A DNA stretch of 64,000 nucleotides from Anthoceros angustus (Eukaryota > Plantae > Anthocerotophyta): positions 1,364,001 through 1,428,000 of the forward strand of contig VJWM01000044.1 in assembly GCA_010909165.1 (NCBI GenBank). Direction: 5' to 3'. The notes beneath the pieces are model-generated. The model made no database searches. It was given only the letters and a program-made list of their open reading frames with translations, and had not been told where the DNA came from. The position numbers and the translations under genes are program-made. Positions 1-10,930 of this stretch are shown piece after piece (within the stretch, counting starts at the first letter, position 1; each line of letters opens with the position of its first letter).

Positions 1-449
1 CCTCCCCATCCCCCCTCCCGTCGTTTCGCCCTCATCTCCCCCCTCCCTTCCGGTAGCCATCTCCCCCTCAGCCACCCCACACCATGCTCGGCGCCTCGCG
101 ACCCCTCCCTCCTTGCCCTCCTCGCGTTGCCATCTGCCCGGCCCCTCCGCCCCTCCGCCTCGCCCGCCCTCCGCCTCGCCCGGCCCCTCGCCCCTCCGCT
201 CGTCCCTCGCCCGGCCCGGCCCGCCCTCGCACCCGGTTCGGAGGCGGCCCGGCCACCCTTCCTCCCACCGCGCGTGCACCCCCCCCTCCTCGTCCCTCGG
301 ACCCGGCCCGCGCCCTCGCCCCGCTCCCTCCGCCCGCCTCGCACCCGCCGGCCTCGTCCCGCCCCTCCTCCCCTCCCTCCCACCCGCCCTCGCCCCGCCC
401 TCGCCCATCCCATCCCTCCAACCTTAGCCGCCACCCCGTTCACTTTGCC

Positions 450-2930
450 TCCACTCAGCGCTCGTCATGACCATCGTCTCCCCTCCTTGCCGATGCACAC
501 CGTCTTGGCCTTCATCCTTCGCCCGCCTCCACCGCTCGCTCAGTCCATCGCCCTCAAGGCAATGGAACCCCGTCAGTTCTCTGCGGCGTCCCCATGCTTC
601 TGCGGGTGTTCGCGTACGGTGCTATCCTCCCCACGGCTGTCGTCGTTCGCGGTCCCCGGCGCAGCGATTCACTACTTGGAGGCGGTCGGGTTCGGCCGGG
701 CGATCCACTTGTTGTGGCTTTCAACGCCGTGGTTTGCGAATCGACATCCGTATGTCACATTATTCCGCCTTCACGCCCGGTTTCACGAGATGAATGGCAT
801 GCCTTATTCACTTGGGCGGTCGATTCGGGATGATAGGCAACGACCCCATGCAGAAGGACATTGATGCACCCGTCCTTTCAAATCCACGACACAATGTTCT
901 CTCAAATGTCCCCACCCCACCATTTTCCCTCGACTTTCCACCCCACAACTCTCGGTGATAGGAGCGATGGTGTGCACGTTGAAACGAAACGAGACTCTTT
1001 GTACCAAGCAGCCCCGAACACTAGGGAATTTGGGCTCCCATATCTTGCTTGATGCTCGAGGATGGCGTGGCGCGGCAACCTCCTCTTGACAAAAGCTCAG
1101 CCTTCTCCGTACAACACATATGCCTCCGGTTGTCAAGTAGAAAAGGCAACCGACATTGCGGATCGGCGGCACCCGTCCTCGCCTCCGGCGGGCAATTACC
1201 ATCCGCCGCGCCGCCGCCCGCCCCGGCCCCTCGCCCCTCCTCAACCAACCGTTCTCTGCCGTCCCCATGCTGCGGGTGTTCGCGTGCTGGTGCTATCCTC
1301 CCCACGGCTGTCGTCTTGTTCTGCGGTCCCCGGCGCAGCGATTCACTACTTGGGCGGCAGGCGGGTTCGACCGGGCGATCCACTTGTTGTGGCTTTCAAC
1401 GCCGTGGTTTGCGAATCGACATCCGTATGTCACATTATTCCGCCTTCACGGCGCGGCAATTGTTTCACGAGATGAATGGCATGCCTTATTCACTTGGGCG
1501 GTCGATTCGGGATGATAGGCAACGACCCCATGCCGAAGGACATTGATGCACCTTCGTCCTTTCCACAAATCCACGACACAATGTTCTCTCAAATGTCCCC
1601 ACCATTTTCCCTCGCTTTCCACCCCACAACTCTCGGTGATAGGAGCGATGGTGTGTGCACGTTGAAGAAACGAGACTCTTTGTACCAAGCCCCGAACACT
1701 AGGGAATTTGGGCTCCCATATCTGTGATGCTCGAGGATGGCGTGGCGGACTGCAACGCCTCCTCTTGACAAAAGCTCACAGCCTTCTCCGGTACAACACA
1801 TATGCCTCCGGTTGTCAAGAAAAGGCAACCGACATTGCGGCGGCACCCGTCCTCGCCTCCGGCGGGCAATTACCATCCGGCCACCCGATCGGCTGCGAGC
1901 CGCCGCCCAGCAGCCCATCTCGTCCACCCGGTCCACATCTATGCGGAACCCGTCGCGGTCCATACGTATGCACCCGCATCACACATCCCCACTCCACCAG
2001 CGCGCCTTTGCGTTCTGCGCGCATGCTCGCTCATTTACCATGCATGGCACTCAGCTGCGAGCGGTGCATCGTCCACGACCGTCGCATTGTACACGTGGCT
2101 GCCGAGATCGAACCCAGCCACGTACACCTGGTCGACCATCGTCACCAAGCACAGCATGACTTCCGTTGCATCGGCCTCACCACACCACCATTGCAGCACT
2201 GTTCTGAACGCGGCGGCCAGCTCCATCGCCTTCCGCATCCCCTTGTCCTTCCGCGTTGGACCCGCACCAACCCACCAATCCGCCGTTGCTGGAGGCTCCT
2301 TGTTCCTCGCAGGCCTCCGCAATTGAAACGCGTCCATGTGCTGGAATTGGTATCCTCGGTGCATGTGCTGCAACCCCTGCTCGTCCACAATCTGCATTGC
2401 CCACCTCTCATCCGGGGCATCCTCCACTTGCATGGTTCCATCCGCCGCGCACCAAAACCACCACGCCTCAATCCGCAGCCCTTGGCTCCTCCAATCTGCC
2501 CTCCAAGATGTGCTGGTGCATGTCCCCAGTCCATCCCCTTGCCAGCCGTCCCCGTATGTCGTCCGGTAAGCGGTCCGCCAACACTGCGCATGAACGCCCA
2601 ATTACATCGCCTTCTTGTTCGGCGGTCATCCACGCGCTATGCCCGCCACCCGCCTTGCCCTCCTCCTCCCACGCCCCATGTACCTCCTGCGTTCGCGTCA
2701 CGCATCCGTCGCGCTTTGCTGTGGCCACGCGCAAAACCAGCGAGTAGCCATCGCCGCCTCGTGGCTTCATTCCCCGCTGTGAATAACTGCTATCCACCCC
2801 CCTGCCGACACTTTGCCCCTCTCCCACGTCCACGCCCCCCTGTCACAGGACTCTCACACGCACTTCACCCGCCCCCGAATTCAGTGCACGCGGGCCTCTA
2901 CCCACAGGGATTCCTCGACTTCTGATGTGT
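450..2930 (-). pseudogene. Frameshifted divergent HECT-like E3 ligase gene B (N-lobe plus N-terminal region; the C-lobe would fall in the C-rich patch at 1-450)
   Basis: Stitched minus-strand frames give FRIDVDRVDEMG (~1950), CTGEGCELLSRGGV...GSPNSLVF (~1790-1700), GKMVGWGHLREHCVVDL (~925-880) and ELTGFHCLEGDGL (~575-540). These resemble the HECT pre-domain strand, GEEGxDxGG, GxxxGxAI...VVDL and F..GF motifs, in the right order and roughly the right spacing. An open stretch at 2035-2601 lies upstream in the same orientation. Confidence 0.45.
590..1878. repeat. Tandem duplication, two copies of ~673 bp
   Basis: ccccatgc...caattaccatccg runs 590-1205 and again 1263-1878. The copies differ mainly by small indels. 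Confidence 0.9.
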
Positions 2931-3059
2931 CGCCCTCAGGCGTCGTTGCGAACGGCGCCCCTGTTCTCTCAGATGACGCGGCCATGGTTCCACGATTTAC
3001 AAAACTTCGAGTCAGCCTGCGTGCTTGAGTCTTCTGCACCGGCCAGTAGTGCAACTTCC

Positions 3060-3680
3060 CTCCTGCGCCGCCTCCAGCCAACACTCCTCCCCTTCCCCCA
3101 ACCTCCCGCCCCCACCCGCCCCGCCTCACCGCCCGCCCGCCCCACCCGCCCCGCCACCCGCCTTGCCCTCCTCCTCCCACGGCCCCTGCTTCCGCCCCGC
3201 CACGCCCGCCGCCCCGCGCCCGCCCCGCCCGGCGCCCGCCCCGCCCCGCCCGCCGCCCGCCCCCTCCCGGGGCGTCACTCCCCGCCGGCCACCCGCCCCA
3301 CCCGCCACCCCGCCGCCCCGCCGCCGCCGCGCCCGCCGCCCCGCCGCCACCGCCCCGCGCCCCCGCGCCCAGCACGCCCACTCCGCACACTCGCTTGCCG
3401 CACACCTGCCTCCGCACGGCCCGTTCCCGCCCGGCCCGGCCACGCTTCCGCCCGCCCGGCGCCCCGCTCCCGCTCCCGCTCCCAGGCCCCCTCCCGGGGC
3501 GTCACCGTCCGCCCGCCGACCCGCCGACCCGCCCCCGCCCCGCCGCCGCCCCGCGCCCGCCCCGCCCGCCCCGCCCGCCGCCCGCCGCCGCCCCGCCCGC
3601 CCCGCCCGCCCGCCCCGCCACGCGGCGCCCCGCGTCACGCCCCGCCGCCCCGCGCCCCGCGCCCCGCGCCCGGCTCGGTA
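3060..3680. repeat. C/G-only low-complexity patch (A/T-depleted mosaic of neighbouring sequence)
   Basis: Almost no A or T. Contains gcccgccacccgccttgccctcctcctcccacg, also found at ~2641, and cctccgcac-ggcccgttcccg, also found at ~4166 and ~4910. Confidence 0.8.
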
Positions 3681-5830
3681 TGTTCGCTCCTCCCCGCGAG
3701 CACGGCAGGTGGTCGGGAGATGCCATATCTTCCTTCTGTTGTCTTGGTGGAGCGGATAGGAGGAAATAATTTGCCTCGCGTGGACAATACACAACTGTCC
3801 GTCTGAAGCCATGCATGCCCAAAACTGAACTGAACATTGCTTGACAACAGGGAAGCGTGGCACATTTCGAAAACAGGACGTGGGGACACCCATCACCCAT
3901 ACCGCACCGACCTCGCCAATTCCCTACAATCGTTCCGGCAAGTAGGCTCTGACATGCCATACAATGTTGTGAGAAATGGCGGTGACCACCCTCGCACATA
4001 GTGTCCTGAGTCATACAAGGGAAGTAGCAATGTCCCGCCGCACGTCATGGCCGTGGGAAGCTGGCTGCCGTCTTCAATGGCACTTGGAACACCATAATTG
4101 GCGCCGCCGCCAAAATACACGCGTCCGTTATGAAGGTGAAAAGTTTAGCTCTCTGCAAAAAGATGCCTCCGCACCGGCCCGTTCCCGCCCGGCCCGCCCG
4201 GCCACGCTTCGCCCCGGCGCCCCGCTCCCCGCCCGGCGCTCCCGCTCCCCGCCCCCTCCCGGGGCGTCACCGTCCGCCCGGCCCGCCCGCCACCCGCCGG
4301 CCCGCCCGCCCCGCCCGCCCGCCCGCCCGCCCCGCCCGCCCCGCCCGCCCCGCGCCGCCGCCCCGCCCCGCGCCCCGCGCCCGGCCCGCCACCGCCGCGC
4401 CCGCCCCGCCCCGCCGCCGCCCCGCGCCCCGCGCCCAGCAACTCTGGTGTGTTCGCTCCTCCTGCGGCCGAGCCGGCGGTGGTGGAGATGCCATATCTTC
4501 CTTACATTGTCTTGGTGGGCGGATGGGAGGAAATAATTTGCCTCACGTGGGGACAATAGTCGATGCGAAGCCATGCATGCCCAAGGCGTTGCTTGACAAC
4601 GAGGCGTGGCACATTTCAAAGCAGGGTGGGACACCCATCACCCATACCGCACCGACCTCGCCAATTCCTACAATCGTTCGGCAAGTAGGCTCTGACATGC
4701 CATACTGTGTTGTGAGAAATGGCGGTGACCACCCTCGCACATAGTGTCCTGAGTCATACAAGGGAAGTAGCAATGTCCCGCCGCACGTCATGGCCGTGGG
4801 AAGCTGGCTGCCGTCTTCAATGGCACTTGGAACACCATAATTGGCGCCGCCGCCAAAATACACGCGTCCGTTATGAAGGTGAAAAGTTTAGCTCTCTGCA
4901 AAAAGATGCCTCCGCACCGGCCCGTTCCCGCCCGGCCCGCCCGGCCACGCTTCGCCCGGCGCCCCGCTCCCCGCCCGGCGCTCCCGCTCCCCGCCCCCTC
5001 CCGGGCGTCACCGTCCGCCCGGCCCGCCCGCCACCCGCCGGCCCGCCCGCCCCGCCCGCCCGCCCGCCCGCCCCGCCCGCCCCGCCCGCCCCGCGCCGCC
5101 GCCCCGCCCCGCGCCCCGCGCCCGGCCCGCCACCGCCGCGCCCGCCCCGCCCGCCGCCCCGCGCCCCGCGCCCAGCAACTCTGGTGTGTTCGCTCCTCCT
5201 GCGGCCGAGCCGGCGGTGGTGGAGATGCCATATCTTCCTTACATTGTCTTGGTGGGCGGATGGGAGGAAATAATTTGCCTCACGTGGGGACAATAGTCGA
5301 TGCGAAGCCATGCATGCCCAAGGCGTTGCTTGACAACGAGGCGTGGCACATTTCAAAGCAGGGTGGGACACCCATCACCCATACCGCACCGACCTCGCCA
5401 ATTCCTACAATCGTTCGGCAAGTAGGCTCTGACATGCCATACTGTGTTGTGAGAAATGGCGGTGACCACCCTCGCACATAGTGTCCTCGAGTCATACAAG
5501 GGAAGTAGCAATGTCCACGTCACGTGGCCGTGGGAAGCTGCCCTTCCGTCTTCAATGGCACTTGGAACACCATAATTGGCGCCCCGTCGCCAAAATACAC
5601 GCGGACCGTTATGAAGGTGAAAAGTTTAGCTCTCTCCGCAAAAGACAGCCTCCGCACCGTCCCTACGAACATGCTCTTCAGCTCCTCAGAGCATGCCTCA
5701 AAAGTAATGGCGTTAATGAAGTCATCCGCCCTGCATCCTTGAGCGCCGGAGAAAAAAAAACTGACCACTTCGATAGACAACGTGTTCACAATCGCCAGCA
5801 GCGCCCTCGCGTCCAAGCTATGCACCACTA
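3680..5830. repeat. Three tandem ~740 bp units, each carrying the HECT C-terminal coding segment
   Basis: The block tgtgagaaatggcggtgaccacc...gaaaagtttagctctc recurs at ~3969, ~4711 and ~5449. Flanking sequence is shared, and C/G patches sit at 4170-4437 and 4915-5175. Confidence 0.9.
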
Positions 5831-6560
5831 ACCTGAACCCGTCCCCAACAAGCCCTCCAACATGCAAGCACTTTTAAATACTCCGCCGCCCCTTTCTGCA
5901 CCAAGCTCACCTCCATGCCGAGTCATGCCCCGTCAAGTCGCAAAATGTCCAAAAAACTCCGGATCCCCTGCAGTGATGAGGGCAACAGCCTCCTTGATGG
6001 CCGCATGTTGACGGTCAGCACTAGCCCAGGCCGCCTTTTTCAGCATCGATATCACACCCATCAAATGAGGGTAACAAGCTTTCATGTCCGCCTTGAAGGC
6101 TTTTTTCATGAAAGCCGACCCCGGCGCATCTTGCCACACCTTGTGAACACCGCCCACCTGGCTCCCAAGGGCGGTGTCAGGCTACCACCCGGGCATGACA
6201 CACTGACGCCGGTCGCAAGCACCATGTACACGAGGTAGCCAAAGCGGGCCTTCAAATCAAGGAGGTGCGTTAGAATGAAAGGATGGCATGTGCGGAAATA
6301 GGGAAGGTTGATGGTTACCATGAACATTACACACAAACGCCTTACCATGTATTCGCCAAACGCGACATGGACTTCCCTTCTTGAGGTGATGCTGCGTCTC
6401 GAGCCGGGATGGTCCTTGCCTCGAACACGCAGTTCATGAACATGGGATTCTCGCGTGCCGCCATGCCTCCCGATGCGGCCGAGTCGGGCCACCACCACGC
6501 CTCTCGCCTCGTGCAAAAGAACCCCCATGCCTCGCGGAGTATGAGACCGTGAACCGAGGG
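5380..6560 (-). pseudogene. Frameshifted divergent HECT-domain E3 ubiquitin ligase gene A
   Basis: Minus-strand pieces in order: RFGYLVYMVLATG (~6245), VGDGFRLVV (~5845), NTLSIEVVSFFFSG..DDFINAITFE, RRLSFAERAKLFTFIT, QLPTA(M)TCGGTLLLPLYDSRTLCARVVTAIS. These match HECT consensus elements (FxGRxxG, F..GF, ELELLxG, EERxKLLxFVTG, LPxAHTC...LPxYxS). No introns are evident. Confidence 0.7.
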
Positions 6561-6573
6561 AAGAGCGCCGGCC

Positions 6574-8065
6574 GCCATGCTCTCCAGCAGTTCATACAGT
6601 GCGCCGCACTCACTTCCAGCCTCCACCTGCGACCTCCAGCCAGTCAAGAAAGTAGCCGTGCCTGGCGAACACGCAGGCCTGGCATATGCACAACCGGAAA
6701 TGGAGCCGCGGCTCTTACCTTCAGCACAGGCGCCTCTTACAAAGGCGATGCTGCTGTTTGTGGATGGGTTGGAGCGTGCTGTGTGTGAGCGCGAACCGGC
6801 GCATAGCGGAGTTGGCTGCATCGTGGGCCTCTTGCGCCACTTCCAGGCTGAGGGCTTCAAACTCTTGCTCACATGCAGAGCCGCTCCTTTCCGACCTGGC
6901 GGACTCTGTGACCCAATCGCGGTGACTGTCGTGTAGGCGTAGCAACTCCTCTTCGTCAAGGGAGTGCCGCAGGTTGGTTGAGGCCCACGTCTCCAGCAAG
7001 TCTTCAGGCTCTATCGCCCCGAGATCCAGGCCCGGGTCTATGTCTCGAGCCTGGGGAGCCTCGCAGCGATGTCCAGGTCGGAAGCTCTATTGTCCCGACA
7101 TCGTAAAGCTCCAACCCGACACCGAGCGCACCAATCCCCTTCCGTGTCTATCCCATGTGCTGCTTTCTCCATTATCGCGTGGGCGTCAACAACGCCGCGT
7201 GGTCCGGTTCCCACCTTCGGCACTCCCGATCTTCGCCTCCCGCAAGATGGCGAAGAACATTTCGCCTCGCGCGAGCATTCCGTTTCACGACGGAAGATGG
7301 CGGCTTTCTTCGCATCCTCCGTGATAACCGGGCATCGCCATGCTCTGAGCAGTTCATACGGTGCGCCGCACTCACTTCCGCCTCCACTGCGACCTCCAGG
7401 CGGTCAAAGTAGCCGTGCTTGGCGAACACGCAGGCATGGCATATCTGAGAACGAATGCAGCGGCTCTTACCTTCAACGTCGCCTCTTACAAAGCGATCTG
7501 CTGTTTGTGGATGGGTTGGGCGTGTGTGTGTGTGAGCGCGCATAGCGGAGTTCGCATCGTGGGCCTCTTGCGCCACTTCGGTGGCTTCAAACTCTTGCTC
7601 ACATGCTTGGCGCTCCTTTCCGACTGGCGAGACTCACCAATCGCGTGTGGATCGTGTAGGCGTAGCAACTCCTCTTCGTCAAGGGAGTGGCGGAGGTTGG
7701 TAGAGGCCCAAGTCTCCAGCAAGTCTTGAGCTCTATCGCCCGAGGTCCAGGCCGGGTCTATGTCTTCGAAAGCTTGAGCCTCGCGGCCGGGGCGATGTCC
7801 AGGTCGAAGCTATCTATTGTCCCGACATCGTAAAGCTCCAACCCGCAAACAGGTCGCACCAATCCCCGTGTCTATCCCATGTGCTGTGCCTTTCTCCATT
7901 ATCGCGTGGGACGTCAACAACGCGTGGTCCGGGTTCCCACCTTGGCACTCCCGATCTTCGCCTCCCGCAAGATGGCGAAGAACATTTTCGCCTCTCGCGC
8001 TCGAGCATTCCGTTTCACGCACCGAAGATGGCTGGCAGCTTTCTTCGCATCCTCCAGGATAACCG
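6574..8065. repeat. Tandem duplication, two copies of ~763 bp
   Basis: gccatgctct...cagttcatac starts at 6574 and 7337. Both copies end in ttcttcgcatcctcc...gataaccg. Confidence 0.9.
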
Positions 8066-8074
8066 AAGCAGACT

Positions 8075-8810
8075 GCCATGCCGCCACAAGCCGCTCGTAC
8101 GTCCGGGCAATGGACGCCGGCGGCGGAAAGGCCGCGTTCACCGTTCCGCCTGCGCGGGGTGTTGGGGTGAGCGGCCGCTCACCCCGCACACCCCGAGCGG
8201 AGGGCGTCGCCGTCCTTTCTTCCGCCCAGCGCTCATTTCCCGTGCACTGCCCTCCCGCAATGCATTGAGAGCCCCCCAGGTCCGCGATGTCGCCCTTGAT
8301 GCCACACAGTCGGGCGCCGCCAACGCTCCGCATCCCCAACCATGTCCGCTGCCCACCGTGACACCGTCCACGTCGCATCCTCTTCCCGAGAACGCACCTC
8401 TTCGTCTTCCAACACGACTTTTGGCGGTAGTTCGGAGCATGTCGGCGTCATCCGGGATAACGAAGCGGCGCCATGCCGCCACAAGCCGCTAAATGCGTCG
8501 GGCAATGGGCCGGCGGAAAGGCCGCGTTCACCGTTCCGCTGCGGTGTTGGGGTGAGCGCTCACCCAGCGGGCGTCGCCGTCCTTTCTTCCGCCCGCTCAT
8601 TTCCGTGCGCCTCCCGCAATGCATTGAGAGCCCCGGTCCGTGATGTCGCCCTTGATGCCACACAGTCGGCGCGCCAGCGTGCATCGCCCGAACCATGTCC
8701 GTCGCTCCACCGTGACACCGTCCCGTCGCATCCTCTTCCGGCGAGCGCACCTCTTCGTCTTCCAACACGCCGACTTTTGGCGGTAGTTCGGAGCATGTCG
8801 GCGTCATCGG
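8075..8810. repeat. Tandem duplication, two copies of ~395 bp
   Basis: gccatgccgccacaagccgct starts at ~8075 and ~8470. Both copies end in catgtcggcgtcatc. Confidence 0.9.
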
Positions 8811-10930
8811 GATCTGGGATCCCACATATAACGCCCGCAAAACGTTAGCGCTCTCGGATGCGGCCTGGAGGGAAGAGGAGTGGCTCGTCTGCGGAGGACG
8901 GCAGGGCACCGCGGCTTGCACCTTCCGATTTCGCCGATGAAGCGGCCAGGCCCAAAGAGGCTGCGGGCAAGGCGGAAGAGAATCGCCACGTCGACCAGCC
9001 GTACCGGCCAGCTGCCTAATCGAACCATCATACCTCCCCATGGCAACCGGACGCAACCGACGGCAGCAATCCGCAACTCAATCCGCGACAAACCGCCTCT
9101 CCCCATCACCGCTTGTCCTAAGTGGATGCCCTCGTATATGCGCTGGAACCGTGATCTTCAACTTCTTCATGTGCACGCGACCATGCGCGCCTTGTAGACG
9201 CCATCCCCTTTCCGCCTCCCCACGCTGAGACCATTATCGGGTGATTCCGACGTCGTGGAATGTTTCCGCCGCGGACCGTTGCCTCTTCCGCACTTGGGCG
9301 AAGGTGCGTTCTGCGCTTCCCTGGGAGGTTCCTACCATGACCACCTTGGGAAGTAGACGCTAGGCTAGCCGGAGGACCGCCAGACGGCTGGTGTCGCACA
9401 CCCGCGGGCCCTGCGTTCCACGTCTAGCGCAAGTCTGCGGAGGCCGTCGAAGAAGCACAGGCACGAAGGAGGGCGTCCCGATGGGGGTTACATTGGAAAA
9501 CATTGTCGTCATCGTCGTGGACCCAATCCTCCAAGATGTCGCCATCGCAATCGCACCTCATTCAATCTGCGGCGCTCGGGCCTTTCGTCGGTGGCCATGC
9601 CATCAAGAAGATTGCACCGAAATTGGAAATGTCGCGTGAACTGCCCGTGAAGAGAGATGCATACGGGCGCGAGAAGAATGCCGATCTTCCGATGTCATAT
9701 ATCAAACCCTTTTACCTTAGGGCTGCGGATCGCCGTTGCCCGCATGCACACTCTTCGCACGCAGAGAGAGGTCACGCCATTACGTAATCGCCAAATTTTC
9801 TCATCCCGCTTTTCGGATATGCAATTGGGCGGTATATGCCGATGGGAACATGTGCCTGTTTTAAAGGTTTCACCGCCGGCGACGCGCCGCTTGCCGCCTC
9901 CCAAGCAAAAGCGGGTGGCGAGAGGTCATTACGCAATGAGTGAGGAGAGCTGCAATGGATGGGAGGCTCCAGCGCGCCGGGTTCGCCCCAGCCCACACCG
10001 CTGCACCGCAATGCAGAACAAAGCGCCCATGGAAGTCAACAATGGACGGCGGGCGCTGGCGACGGCACCGCCATTTCGTCATCTCCGAATATGGGAAATG
10101 CCATCTGTTCTGTGCAAAACACTGCATGTACCCGAACGCATGCATATATACCGAGTTAGTCCCTAGCCTTCGGCAAAAAAATGCCGGCTTTCAGGTTTGA
10201 TTTTTTATAACCATCGCACAAGGCAAATTTGTCAGCAGTTTCAGGTTGCCCTGGCCTTCGTCACAAACGGGATCGGGTGAATAGCTGGCCAGTATTTCTG
10301 TATCACCATCCTTGGGTTTTGGTGTACCAGAAGAACAGAATAACAGCCAATTGTTTCAAGTCCAACGTGGAAGGGAGGAAATTTGGATGACAGGAAAAAA
10401 TGGGAAAAATGCGACACGCCTCTATCCCTCTACAGTGATGCATGATGCATACGTGGACGACGGTGATATGGTGCATATATAGACATATATTTTGTGCATG
10501 CCTATATGCGCATGTCCATATATGTATGCACACCTCGCATATATACAGTATGACATAAAAGTCTATATCCTTGGCCTATGAAGGAACTTTAAGATGCATG
10601 ACAACTTGTTAAGTTTTTCCACATTCCTTGGTCTTTGGGAAGGTGGGTATGAAATAAATGTCTATATATGCAAGAAGAAGTGAACGCAGTGGCACCAACC
10701 GCCTCTTTCCTTCAGTATGGCAGGTTTTCCATCAATCGGGGACAAACGTCATATGCCTTTCCCGAAGGAACCTTTTCTACAATGCATGTCAAGTTCTTCT
10801 CCGGGTGTTTCCGCCTCTCCCCTTGGTCTTGGCAAACTGTCGAACAACATGTTGGTTTCTCCCATTCCTCCTGCATGTATAGGCATATATTTCATATATG
10901 TGTCTATGTCTGTATTGCATATTTTCGCAT

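Noticed and set aside
690-770. SET-domain-like RFANH..E...KWI on the minus strand, and a plant-mobile-domain-like HYLEAVGFG on the plus strand
   Set aside because: Each is a single short motif without the other family motifs. The HECT reading explains more motifs with correct spacing.
1180-1205. OTU protease-like DGNC motif (also at ~1865-1878)
   Set aside because: It is followed by PPEAR rather than a hydrophobic LFRA-type helix, and no downstream OTU His motif is present.
68-5481. Many long Pro/Arg/Ala/Gly-rich ORFs
   Set aside because: Stop codons cannot form in A/T-depleted patches, so these ORFs are compositional artefacts.
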